Part shown: piece by piece, positions 50,924-59,318 of the stretch
How the letters are laid out: every line of letters starts with the position of its first letter
How positions within the stretch are numbered: the stretch's first letter is position 1
Program-made: the position numbers and the translations under genes
Notes under the pieces: model-generated
The model's input: only the letters and a program-made list of their open reading frames with translations
What the model was told of the DNA's origin: nothing
Databases searched by the model: none
DNA from: a bacterium
GTDB lineage: Bacteria > Patescibacteriota > Minisyncoccia > JBBINA01
DNA: 64,000 nucleotides
Direction of reading: 5' to 3'
Assembly: GCA_037444125.1 (NCBI GenBank)
Contig: JBBINA010000001.1
Span: 13,961-77,960, forward strand

Positions 50924-53401
50924 ATGGATAAATTGAGGGAATTTGTCCTTTGGTTTGACCAGGTAGGAATAGAAGATACGCCGCTTGTTGGCGGTAAAAA
51001 CGCAGCTTTAGGCGAGATGTATCGAAATCTTACGCCGATGGGCATTAAAGTGCCTAATGGCTTTGCCGTAACTAGTTATGCTTATAACTACTTTATTGAG
51101 CAAAATGATTTAAAGAAAGCTATTTATGATATTTTGAAGGATCTTGATACTCATAATATAAGACAGCTACAACAATGTGGTCAGCAAGTAAGAAATTTGA
51201 TTTTAACCGGCTCATTTCCGGAGGATCTAAAGAATGCCATCTGGAAGGCTTATGACGATTTGGGTTTGTGTTATTTTAAAGATCCGGACGTGGCTGTGCG
51301 TTCATCAGCTACAGCAGAAGATTTGCCTGATGCTTCTTTCGCTGGCGAACAAGAGACATACCTTAATGTAAGAGGTAAAGAAAAATTGCTTTTAGCGGTT
51401 AAAAAGTGTTTTGCGTCCTTATTTACAGATAGGGCTATTTCTTATAGGAATGATAAGAAATTTGATCATTTTAAAATTGCGCTTTCGGTAGGTGTTCAAA
51501 AAATGGTGCGTTCGGATCTAGCGGGTTCTGGCGTTGCCTTTACACTTGATACTGAAACTGGTTTTGACAAGGTTATTGTTATAAATGGTGCTTATGGGTT
51601 GGGAGAATTAATTGTTCAGGGCCAAGTTATTCCAGATGAATGGATTGTTTATAAAGAAGCACTTAAAAAGGGGTATAAAGCTATTATTGCAAAAAGTCTT
51701 GGTGAAAAGTCTAAAAAAATTATTTATGGAAAAGAAAGGCAAACTGAGTTAGTTGATGTCTCTTCGGCTGATTATGTTAAGTTTGTTTTAACAGACGAGG
51801 AAGTTTTAAAATTAGCTAAGTGGTGCAGTCTCATTGAAGAACATTTTTCCCAGAAGCGAGGCAAATTTCAACCAATGGATATTGAATGGGCTAAAGATGG
51901 GGAGATTAACGAACTTTTTATTGTGCAAGCAAGGCCAGAAACAGTGCATTCAACTAAACAGAAGAATGTTCTTGAAGAATACAAGCTAGAAGTTAAGGGC
52001 AAAGAATTACTTCGTGGCATTGCTGTTGGTACTAAAATTGCCACGGGCAAAGTCCGTATTATAAAAGATGTTGAGAAAATTCATGATTTCCAAAAAGGCG
52101 AAATTTTGGTCACTGAAATTACTGATCCAGACTGGGAGCCAATTATGAAAATCGCCTCAGGTATTATTACTGACAAAGGTGGTAGGACAAGTCACGCCGC
52201 TATTGTCTCGCGGGAACTTGGTATACCTTGTATTGTTGGTGCTCAGCGGGCGACATCTGTTTTAAAAACAGGTCAAATGATAACTATGGATTGTTCTTCG
52301 GGGGTAGAAGGTGTTATTTTTGATAAAATTCTAGATTACAAGATTATAAAACATGACCTTGGAATTATTCCTGAAACCAGGACCCATGTTATGGTGAATA
52401 TTGGTTCGCCGGCTGAGGCTTTTAAGAATCATTTTTTACCAGTTAAAGGCGTAGGGCTTGCCCGGGAAGAATTCATTTTAGCCAGCCACATAAGGATACA
52501 CCCCAATGTCTTAATTGATTATTTTGAATTAAAAGAGCGTTCTAAAAAATTAAGCCTGAAGTCGCAGAAATTAAAATTTGAAGCGATGTTAAAAGAAATT
52601 GAAAGTTTAACTGCTGGTTATGAAGATAAAAGACAATATTATGTTGATAAATTAGCCTATGGAATTGCCAAAATAGGCGTGGCTTTTGCGCCTTATCAGG
52701 TAATTGTTAGATTTTCTGATTTTAAGACCAATGAATACCGAACGCTTTTAGGCGGAGAGTTATATGAACCTCATGAAGAAAATCCAATGATTGGTTGGCG
52801 GGGCGCCTCGCGTTACTATGATCCGAAATTCGCCGAGGCGTTTAAATTAGAAGTCAAAGCTATTAAAAAGGTGCGCGAAGAAATGGGTGTTACCAATATT
52901 GTGCCTATGATTCCATTCGTTAGAACAGTCGAGGAAGTTAAGAGGGTTATTGAAATAATGAGGCAAGGCGGTTTAGAACGTGATGTTCAGCATATAAATT
53001 CTTGTCATAAACAAGTTCAGGACTGCGACCATTTCCGTATCTATATGATGTGTGAAGTGCCGTCAAATGTTATTTTGGCTGATGAGTTTTTGGAGCTGGT
53101 TGATGGTTATTCAATTGGTTCAAATGACTTGACTCAGTTGACTCTTGGTTTGGATCGTGATGCTGGAATTTTAGCGCATATTGGAAATGAAAACAATGAA
53201 GCCGTAAAGATTTTTATCAGACAGGTTATTAAAAAATGTTTGGAAAAACATAAATACATCGGCATTTGTGGTCAAGCGCCTTCAGATATTGAAGGTTATG
53301 CTGAGTTTCTGGTAAAGGGGGGTATTGAATCAATTAGTTTAAATCCTGACACAGTCATTAAAACAATTTTAAAAATTAGTCAAATTGAGAAATCAATATA
53401 G
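50924..53401 (+). CDS. ppsA: phosphoenolpyruvate synthase
   Basis: VGGKNA.LGE, AVRSSATAEDLP, GGRTSHAAI, SIGSNDLTQ. Confidence 0.96.
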   Translation: MDKLREFVLWFDQVGIEDTPLVGGKNAALGEMYRNLTPMGIKVPNGFAVTSYAYNYFIEQNDLKKAIYDILKDLDTHNIRQLQQCGQQVRNLILTGSFPEDLKNAIWKAYDDLGLCYFKDPDVAVRSSATAEDLPDASFAGEQETYLNVRGKEKLLLAVKKCFASLFTDRAISYRNDKKFDHFKIALSVGVQKMVRSDLAGSGVAFTLDTETGFDKVIVINGAYGLGELIVQGQVIPDEWIVYKEALKKGYKAIIAKSLGEKSKKIIYGKERQTELVDVSSADYVKFVLTDEEVLKLAKWCSLIEEHFSQKRGKFQPMDIEWAKDGEINELFIVQARPETVHSTKQKNVLEEYKLEVKGKELLRGIAVGTKIATGKVRIIKDVEKIHDFQKGEILVTEITDPDWEPIMKIASGIITDKGGRTSHAAIVSRELGIPCIVGAQRATSVLKTGQMITMDCSSGVEGVIFDKILDYKIIKHDLGIIPETRTHVMVNIGSPAEAFKNHFLPVKGVGLAREEFILASHIRIHPNVLIDYFELKERSKKLSLKSQKLKFEAMLKEIESLTAGYEDKRQYYVDKLAYGIAKIGVAFAPYQVIVRFSDFKTNEYRTLLGGELYEPHEENPMIGWRGASRYYDPKFAEAFKLEVKAIKKVREEMGVTNIVPMIPFVRTVEEVKRVIEIMRQGGLERDVQHINSCHKQVQDCDHFRIYMMCEVPSNVILADEFLELVDGYSIGSNDLTQLTLGLDRDAGILAHIGNENNEAVKIFIRQVIKKCLEKHKYIGICGQAPSDIEGYAEFLVKGGIESISLNPDTVIKTILKISQIEKSI

Positions 53402-53442
53402 TAGATAGAGAATGATTATAGCTTTAATTTGACTAGGATAAA

Positions 53443-53922
53443 GTGGTAAATTCTGAAAATTTTAATAAAATTATGATTTTTCTAGGAGCCGACCATCGAG
53501 GATTTAAATTAAAAGAGGTTTTAAAGAGTTGGCTTAAGGCCCAAGGAGTTGCTTTTGAGGATTTGGGAGCTTTTAGTTTTAATCCCGACGATGACTATAA
53601 TGATTTTGCTTTGGCGGTAGCAAAAAAAGTGGCAGAGAGGCCTGAAGAAGGCAGAGGAGTTTTAATTTGCGGTTCAGGTATTGGCGTTGATATTGTTGCT
53701 AATAAAGTAAAAGGCGTAAAATCATCTTTAGTTTGGCGCAAAGAGTTGGCCGATTACCGTAAATATTATGGCGCAAATGTTTTATCATTGCCAGCAGATT
53801 TTTTGACTGAAAGCGAAGCCATTGAAATTGTGAAAATCTGGTTAAATACCAAAGAGCTTTTACAGGAAGAAAAATATAAAAGGCGACGACAGAAAATCAA
53901 AGAACTTGAGGATGGGCAATGA
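53443..53922 (+). CDS. rpiB: ribose-5-phosphate isomerase B
   Basis: GADHRG, CGSGIG, ANKVKG. Confidence 0.9.
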   Translation: MVNSENFNKIMIFLGADHRGFKLKEVLKSWLKAQGVAFEDLGAFSFNPDDDYNDFALAVAKKVAERPEEGRGVLICGSGIGVDIVANKVKGVKSSLVWRKELADYRKYYGANVLSLPADFLTESEAIEIVKIWLNTKELLQEEKYKRRRQKIKELEDGQ

Positions 53923-54080
53923 GGATTTAGTCCAAAAACTTTAATTTAATTAGCCAGAGAATTTCAGTATAAAAACAGGACAACTTCAACTTGATATCTA
54001 ATTTGCATTTGGTTTTTGAAATGGTAAAATTATTAGTAATACAGTATTAAGAAAATAGGATTTAATTTGTAATTTTTTCT

Positions 54081-54344
54081 ATGGCCGAGGATTATAAAGA
54101 AGTTTTAGTGGGCGAAATTATTCATTATTATGGTCATATTGGCGTAGGTATCGTGAAACTGGAAGGAGCGCTTAGGGTTGGCGATAAGATTCATATTAAA
54201 GGGCATTCGGATGATTTTGAGCAAGTGGTTGAGTCAATGCAAGTGGAGCATAAGCCTGTTGATTCAGCTAAGAAGGGTGAAGTCGTTGGTGTAAAAGTTG
54301 TCCAAAAAGTGCATGAAGGTGATAAAGTATATTTGGTTAAATGA
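54081..54344 (+). CDS. small beta-barrel protein (EF-Tu domain II / U32 peptidase C-terminal-like)
   Basis: VG.I.HYY..IGV...GD.I.IKG...F.Q.VESMQ. Confidence 0.75.
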   Translation: MAEDYKEVLVGEIIHYYGHIGVGIVKLEGALRVGDKIHIKGHSDDFEQVVESMQVEHKPVDSAKKGEVVGVKVVQKVHEGDKVYLVK

Positions 54345-54708
54345 GCTGAATTTTTTCAGTCAGTCTGCGTTAATTATAGCAGATTTATGTTTACCAAAAA
54401 TTTTTTGATTGTTTTAATCTCCGTTATGGTTATTATTAATAATGGTATTATTTTGTTAGCTACGAGTTTTATTTTGAAGTCAAAATTTTAGTTTTAAAAA
54501 AAATAGTTTTATGATTTTGTTGAGCCAGTTTTATATTTTATTTCTTTTTATTCTATACTTGAAAACTTGACCGATTTTTAATCAATAAGATAGCAATTCC
54601 AAGATAGTAATTTTAAAATTTACGCATATTTTTAAACAATTCTGTACCAAACATAAAAAGATATGTTTTATTTTAATAGCATATTAAATTATATATAGCT
54701 AAGAAAGA

Positions 54709-55134
54709 ATGGTTTATTATATTTTTAGTTTTACCATTGTTTTAATCAGCGCTTTTTTACTGATTAAACTTGATATGACGTCCTACAGTAATTTAGGACT
54801 GGCTATTTTGGTTATATTTTTGGCAAGCATGCTTTTTTCTATAGCTTATACAGCTTATGTTACGAATGTGAGGGATTGGGATAAGAAAATTAAAGAAGTT
54901 GGTTGGGACAAATTAAGCCGGCAGGACAGAATAAAGCTTACAACAGAAACTTTGTTAGTTGTCGGTCTTTTAATAGTTACGGCAATTTATATTAAGGAGA
55001 GATTTTTTGAGCGAGAAGTTGGTTTTGGCAACTTTTTAAGCACCACATTTTTAGTTATTTCTGCAAGAGTTTATATAGAGTATAGACTTATACTCGCAAT
55101 CAGAGCAAAAATAAAAAAGCCAGAAGTTGTTTGA
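54709..55134 (+). CDS. four-TM hypothetical membrane protein
   Basis: hydrophobic ORF whose last codons overlap the 3' end of RNA copy B. Confidence 0.6.
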   Translation: MVYYIFSFTIVLISAFLLIKLDMTSYSNLGLAILVIFLASMLFSIAYTAYVTNVRDWDKKIKEVGWDKLSRQDRIKLTTETLLVVGLLIVTAIYIKERFFEREVGFGNFLSTTFLVISARVYIEYRLILAIRAKIKKPEVV

Positions 55135-55344
55135 AACCTCTCAACAGAAGTTTTGAAGTTTTGATATGTTTCACAACATTCTGGCTCCATCAATGGAATT
55201 ACGAAAGAACTTCTTTGGAGTTGCTCTAGGAGAATGAACAAAAAGTTTTGGCTTTAATCGCAACATCCAAAGAATAGTTTTCTCTGAAGTTGCTAACACC
55301 GAGTCAACAAAATGTTTCACTTTCAGACACAACATTCAGAGAAA
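55113..55344 (-). ncRNA. candidate three-hairpin dual-variable-segment (guide-like) RNA array, copy B
   Basis: same scaffold, unit order and outer stems as 25143-25379 with different 10-mers; ends in a U tract. Confidence 0.8.
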
Positions 55345-55348
55345 TAAT

Positions 55349-55378
55349 ATTATAAGGTAATTTAAATTATAAAGTCAA
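55349..55378 (-). promoter_or_regulatory. sigma70-type promoter of structured RNA copy B
   Basis: TTGACT (55378-73), 18 nt, TATAAT (55354-49) on the minus strand. Confidence 0.7.
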
Positions 55379-55484
55379 ATAAAACAAATTTTTAAAAATT
55401 TGACTAGATAATTTAGGTATAATAAAATTATATTGTATGTCTGTATAAAATTGTTTAACTTAATTTATTTGCAACATTTTATTT

Positions 55485-56509
55485 ATGCCTCAGGCAGCAA
55501 AAACTCGGGTAAATATTATGCGTGGCTTACGGTTTAGCGATTGTTACAGGTATAACAGCTTTTGCCATAGCATATACTAATTTAACGGGTTCTCTTTCTA
55601 CGACTATTAATACTTCAAGTATTTATGGTTTAACTATAGAGGGAATAAAAGATTTAGTTTGGAATCCTGCTATCAATTACAAATATTCGGCTGTTGGCAC
55701 TAGTTCAAGAAATGGCAAAATAACATATTACTTTGAGTGGAGCGATGGTATTTTTTTAACAAGACCTTAAAAGCTGATAGCGGCAAACGAGTATTTATAA
55801 AAAGAAGGTTTCCTGCGCCAGGAGCTTACTGGCTTAAAGTTACAGCTGCAGATCAATATGGAGCTAAAGCGCAAAAAGTTGGAGGATCTTTTACGGTAAC
55901 AAATCAAAATCCAAGAGTAAATTTTTACGGCTTTGATTTAAGTTATTATCGCGATAAAACTTACTCATTTGCTATTGAAATGTTAGAGGATAAATTTGAT
56001 AGGATTGTAAGTTATAGCTGTAGTTGGCATGATAGTATATCTTGTGGTTCTCCTTCTGTTACAGGAAATGGCAAAAAATACTTTATAAAACCGATAGGGA
56101 GTTTAAAAATGCTGGCGCTTTCAGAGTTAATTACGAAGCCACTGATTCTTACGGAGGATGGAGGATTTAGTAGTGGCAGCAAAACAATTTTTGTAGCCCC
56201 AAATAGACCTCCCGTCATTTCTATTAATGTCCTACTGTTATAACTAGGGGTGGAATGGGGACATGGTATTATAGATGTTCGTGACGGAGAGGATAGTGTC
56301 CAAAATACCATTACAGAACTAGAGTGTAAGTGATCAGATGGGGTTAATTGTAGCAATGTACCATTTCCAGGGTTTAACGAGGTTTTATTTCAAGAAGTTA
56401 GGAGTTTTTCTAAAACAGGACTTTTAAGCTAACAGTAAGGGCAACAGATAATGAAGGTGCCGTAACAAGTAAAATTTATTCAGTGACAGTAACTGAATTA
56501 ACGCCATAG
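55485..56509 (+). pseudogene. fragmented PKD/Ig-like surface protein gene
   Basis: fragments YYFEWSDG, GAYWLKVTAADQYG, NRPPVI, VRATDNEG in different frames with stops. Confidence 0.6.
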
Positions 56510-56543
56510 ATTTTATTTTTAATATTTTAAATATTTAAATATT

Positions 56544-57548
56544 ATGAAAATTGGATTTTTTGAGTTGGAGGGATGGGAAGAAGAAATAATTAAAAAAAAC
56601 CTGTCCAACGATGAGTTGTTTTTTTCAAAGGAAAAAATTGATCAAAATAGTTTAGCTTTTCAAAAAGATTGCGAAGGGATTTCAATTTTTGTTAATTCAA
56701 AAATTAATGCTGAAGTTTTGCAAAATTTTCCTAAATTGAAATTTATCACTACGCGTTCGACAGGTTATGACCATATTGATTTAAAAGCATGTTCTGAAAA
56801 AAATATTGTTGTCGCTTATGTGCCGGGTTATGGCGACAATACTGTGGCTGAATTTGCTTTTGGTTTAATACTTAATTTAACGCGTAAGATTTATCATGCT
56901 ATTGATCAAATAAAAGAGCATGGTTCGTTTTCACTTGAAGGCATGAGGGGAATTGATTTAAAAGGAAAGACTTTAGGCGTCATAGGAACCGGCAGAATTG
57001 GTAAAGAAGTAATTAAAATTGCCAAAGGATTTTCGATGAATATTATTGCCCATGATATTTATCCTGATTTTAAATACGCTCAAGAAATGAATTATTCTTA
57101 TCTTGATCTTAACGGGCTTCTAAAAAATTCAGATATTATTACTATTCATACTCCATATTTACCCCAGACTCATCATTTGATCAATAAACAAAACATTAAC
57201 TTTATTAAAAGAGGTGCTTACCTTATTAATACCGCTCGCGGCCCAATTGTTGAAACAGAGGCTTTGGTAGAGGCTCTTAAGCAGGGAATTCTTATGGGTG
57301 CAGGCCTTGATGTTTTGGAAGAAGAAGGCGAGGTGAAGGATGAGCTCAATTTTTTAGCTAAAAACCACCCTCGCGAGCAAACGCTTAAAAATATGCTTTA
57401 TAACCATATTTTAATGGAAATACCAAATGTTCTTATCACCCCCCATAACGCTTTTAATACTCAAGAAGCCTTAGAAAGGATTTTAAGGACGACGATTGAT
57501 AACATAAAAAGTTTTAAAAACAATGCGCCTATAAACTTGGTTAAGTAA
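56544..57548 (+). CDS. D-2-hydroxyacid dehydrogenase (D-lactate dehydrogenase-like)
   Basis: TRSTGYDHID, GVIGTGRIG, INTARG, GLDVLEEE, TPHNAF. Confidence 0.9.
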   Translation: MKIGFFELEGWEEEIIKKNLSNDELFFSKEKIDQNSLAFQKDCEGISIFVNSKINAEVLQNFPKLKFITTRSTGYDHIDLKACSEKNIVVAYVPGYGDNTVAEFAFGLILNLTRKIYHAIDQIKEHGSFSLEGMRGIDLKGKTLGVIGTGRIGKEVIKIAKGFSMNIIAHDIYPDFKYAQEMNYSYLDLNGLLKNSDIITIHTPYLPQTHHLINKQNINFIKRGAYLINTARGPIVETEALVEALKQGILMGAGLDVLEEEGEVKDELNFLAKNHPREQTLKNMLYNHILMEIPNVLITPHNAFNTQEALERILRTTIDNIKSFKNNAPINLVK

Positions 57549-57555
57549 TAAGCTT

Positions 57556-58761
57556 ATGCAGATAAAAAGTATAGTTATCAGGCAAATTTTTGATTCTCGG
57601 GGAGAGCCTACTCTTGATTTTGAAATCCAAGATTATCGAGGGAATATAGTATTTTCGCAAATCCCGCGAGGTAAAAGTATTGGTTCTAATGAGGTTCAAT
57701 CTTTTGATTATGAACATGCTAAGAAAGTAGTCGCAGAAACGGTTTTGCCCAAAATCCAAAATTTGGATTTTAAAAATGTATCAGATTTTGATAATTTTTT
57801 GATTGAATTAGATGGAACAGTCTTTAAATCAAAATTAGGCGGCAATGTTATGCTTGGACTTTCAATTGGTTTCGCTAAGATATTAGCTAATAACTTAGGT
57901 AAGCAATTATACTTGGTTTTGCAAGAAGAGTTTTTCAGAGAAGGAGCTTTGGATATTAGTCAACCAGTGATTCTGGCTAATTTTATCAATGGCGGCGCCC
58001 ATGCTAAAAACAATTTAAGTTTTCAGGAATATTTAGTCTTGGGGTTTATGCGGGATTCGGTTGGCAGTACGATTAATAAATTAATAAGGTTATATCAAGA
58101 GTTGGAAAAATATCTAACAGAGTATTGTCATACGGATATTGTTCCTATAGGTGATGAAGCAGGCTATTCGATTAATTTTAAAAACAACCTTGAGCCACTA
58201 GAGATTCTTGAGGTTTTAATTAAAAAAAATCATTTAGAAAAATATTTTAAGCTTGGCCTTGATGTGGCTGCTAGCCATTTTTATCGGGACGGTTTTTATT
58301 TTATTGATAACAAAAAATATGACTCCAATGAACTATTAGGATATTATGAGGAGATGTTTAAAAAATTTTCTCTACTTTATTCTATTGAGGATCCATTTTT
58401 TGAAGGCGATCAAGAAGGTTTTAAGAGCTTAATGCATCTTTACGGCGATACAAAGTTGATTATTGGAGATGACCTTACAGCTACTAATGTTAATTTGATT
58501 ACACGGGCTCATACTGACAAAATGATAAACGGGTTAATTATAAAGCCTAATCAGATAGGGACTATAACTGAAACAGCTATTGCTTTAAAAACGGCCAGCC
58601 AATATAATATGAAATCGATTGTATCGCATCGTTCAGGCGAAACCGAGGACAATTTTATTATTGACTTAGCCAAAGCTGCCGGAGCTTTTGGTGTTAAAAT
58701 CGGTGCGCCGGCTCGCGAAAGAATTTTAAAATATAATCAATTAATAAGATTATATGAATAA
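57556..58761 (+). CDS. eno: enolase
   Basis: DSRG.PT, INGGAHA, GDEAG, IEDPF, GDDL, SHRSGETED. Confidence 0.93.
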   Translation: MQIKSIVIRQIFDSRGEPTLDFEIQDYRGNIVFSQIPRGKSIGSNEVQSFDYEHAKKVVAETVLPKIQNLDFKNVSDFDNFLIELDGTVFKSKLGGNVMLGLSIGFAKILANNLGKQLYLVLQEEFFREGALDISQPVILANFINGGAHAKNNLSFQEYLVLGFMRDSVGSTINKLIRLYQELEKYLTEYCHTDIVPIGDEAGYSINFKNNLEPLEILEVLIKKNHLEKYFKLGLDVAASHFYRDGFYFIDNKKYDSNELLGYYEEMFKKFSLLYSIEDPFFEGDQEGFKSLMHLYGDTKLIIGDDLTATNVNLITRAHTDKMINGLIIKPNQIGTITETAIALKTASQYNMKSIVSHRSGETEDNFIIDLAKAAGAFGVKIGAPARERILKYNQLIRLYE

Positions 58762-59125
58762 AAATTTATCAACTTACTTTATAATTATTTGTTTTATTGT
58801 TTTGATTGTGGGATTATTTATTTGGAAGCAAAAAGCGCAAAAGCCTGATCCGAGAGCCGAGGTTTTAGCTAAATGTTTAGCTGAAAATAAGGCGGCAATG
58901 TATGGCGCCTATTGGTGTAGTCATTGCCAAAACCAAAAGAATATGTTTGGGGCCGCCTTTAAATATGTGCCATATATTGAATGCACTGAGGAAACTCAGA
59001 AATGTGTTGATGCCGATGTCAAAGGGTATCCTACTTGGATTTTCGCTAGTGGTCAAAAATTAGAAGGCGTACAAAGTTTTGATAAATTAGCCGAGACAGC
59101 TGGTTGTGATTTGCCAGCTTTTTAA
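58754..59125 (+). CDS. membrane-anchored thioredoxin-fold protein
   Basis: MYGAYWCSHC, YIEC, GYPTW. Confidence 0.85.
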   Translation: MNKNLSTYFIIICFIVLIVGLFIWKQKAQKPDPRAEVLAKCLAENKAAMYGAYWCSHCQNQKNMFGAAFKYVPYIECTEETQKCVDADVKGYPTWIFASGQKLEGVQSFDKLAETAGCDLPAF

Positions 59126-59318
59126 TATTGCTGTTTCTAACTAGCCTAATGTTTCGGAACATATAAAATCGAAACAAATAAAATTCTGGAAAATTATTGG
59201 CATTTGTTTAAGACACTATTATACTACTAAAGCTGGAACTTCAAGAAGAAAATGAATAAAGAAATAAAAATTTTTGCAAAGCGCGGAGGAGCGCTTTTTA
59301 ATTTTTGAATTAATTTCT

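Noticed and set aside
54345-54700. Another copy of the RNA array or a gene in this spacer
   Set aside because: No scaffold motif; only short hydrophobic ORF fragments in very AT-rich DNA
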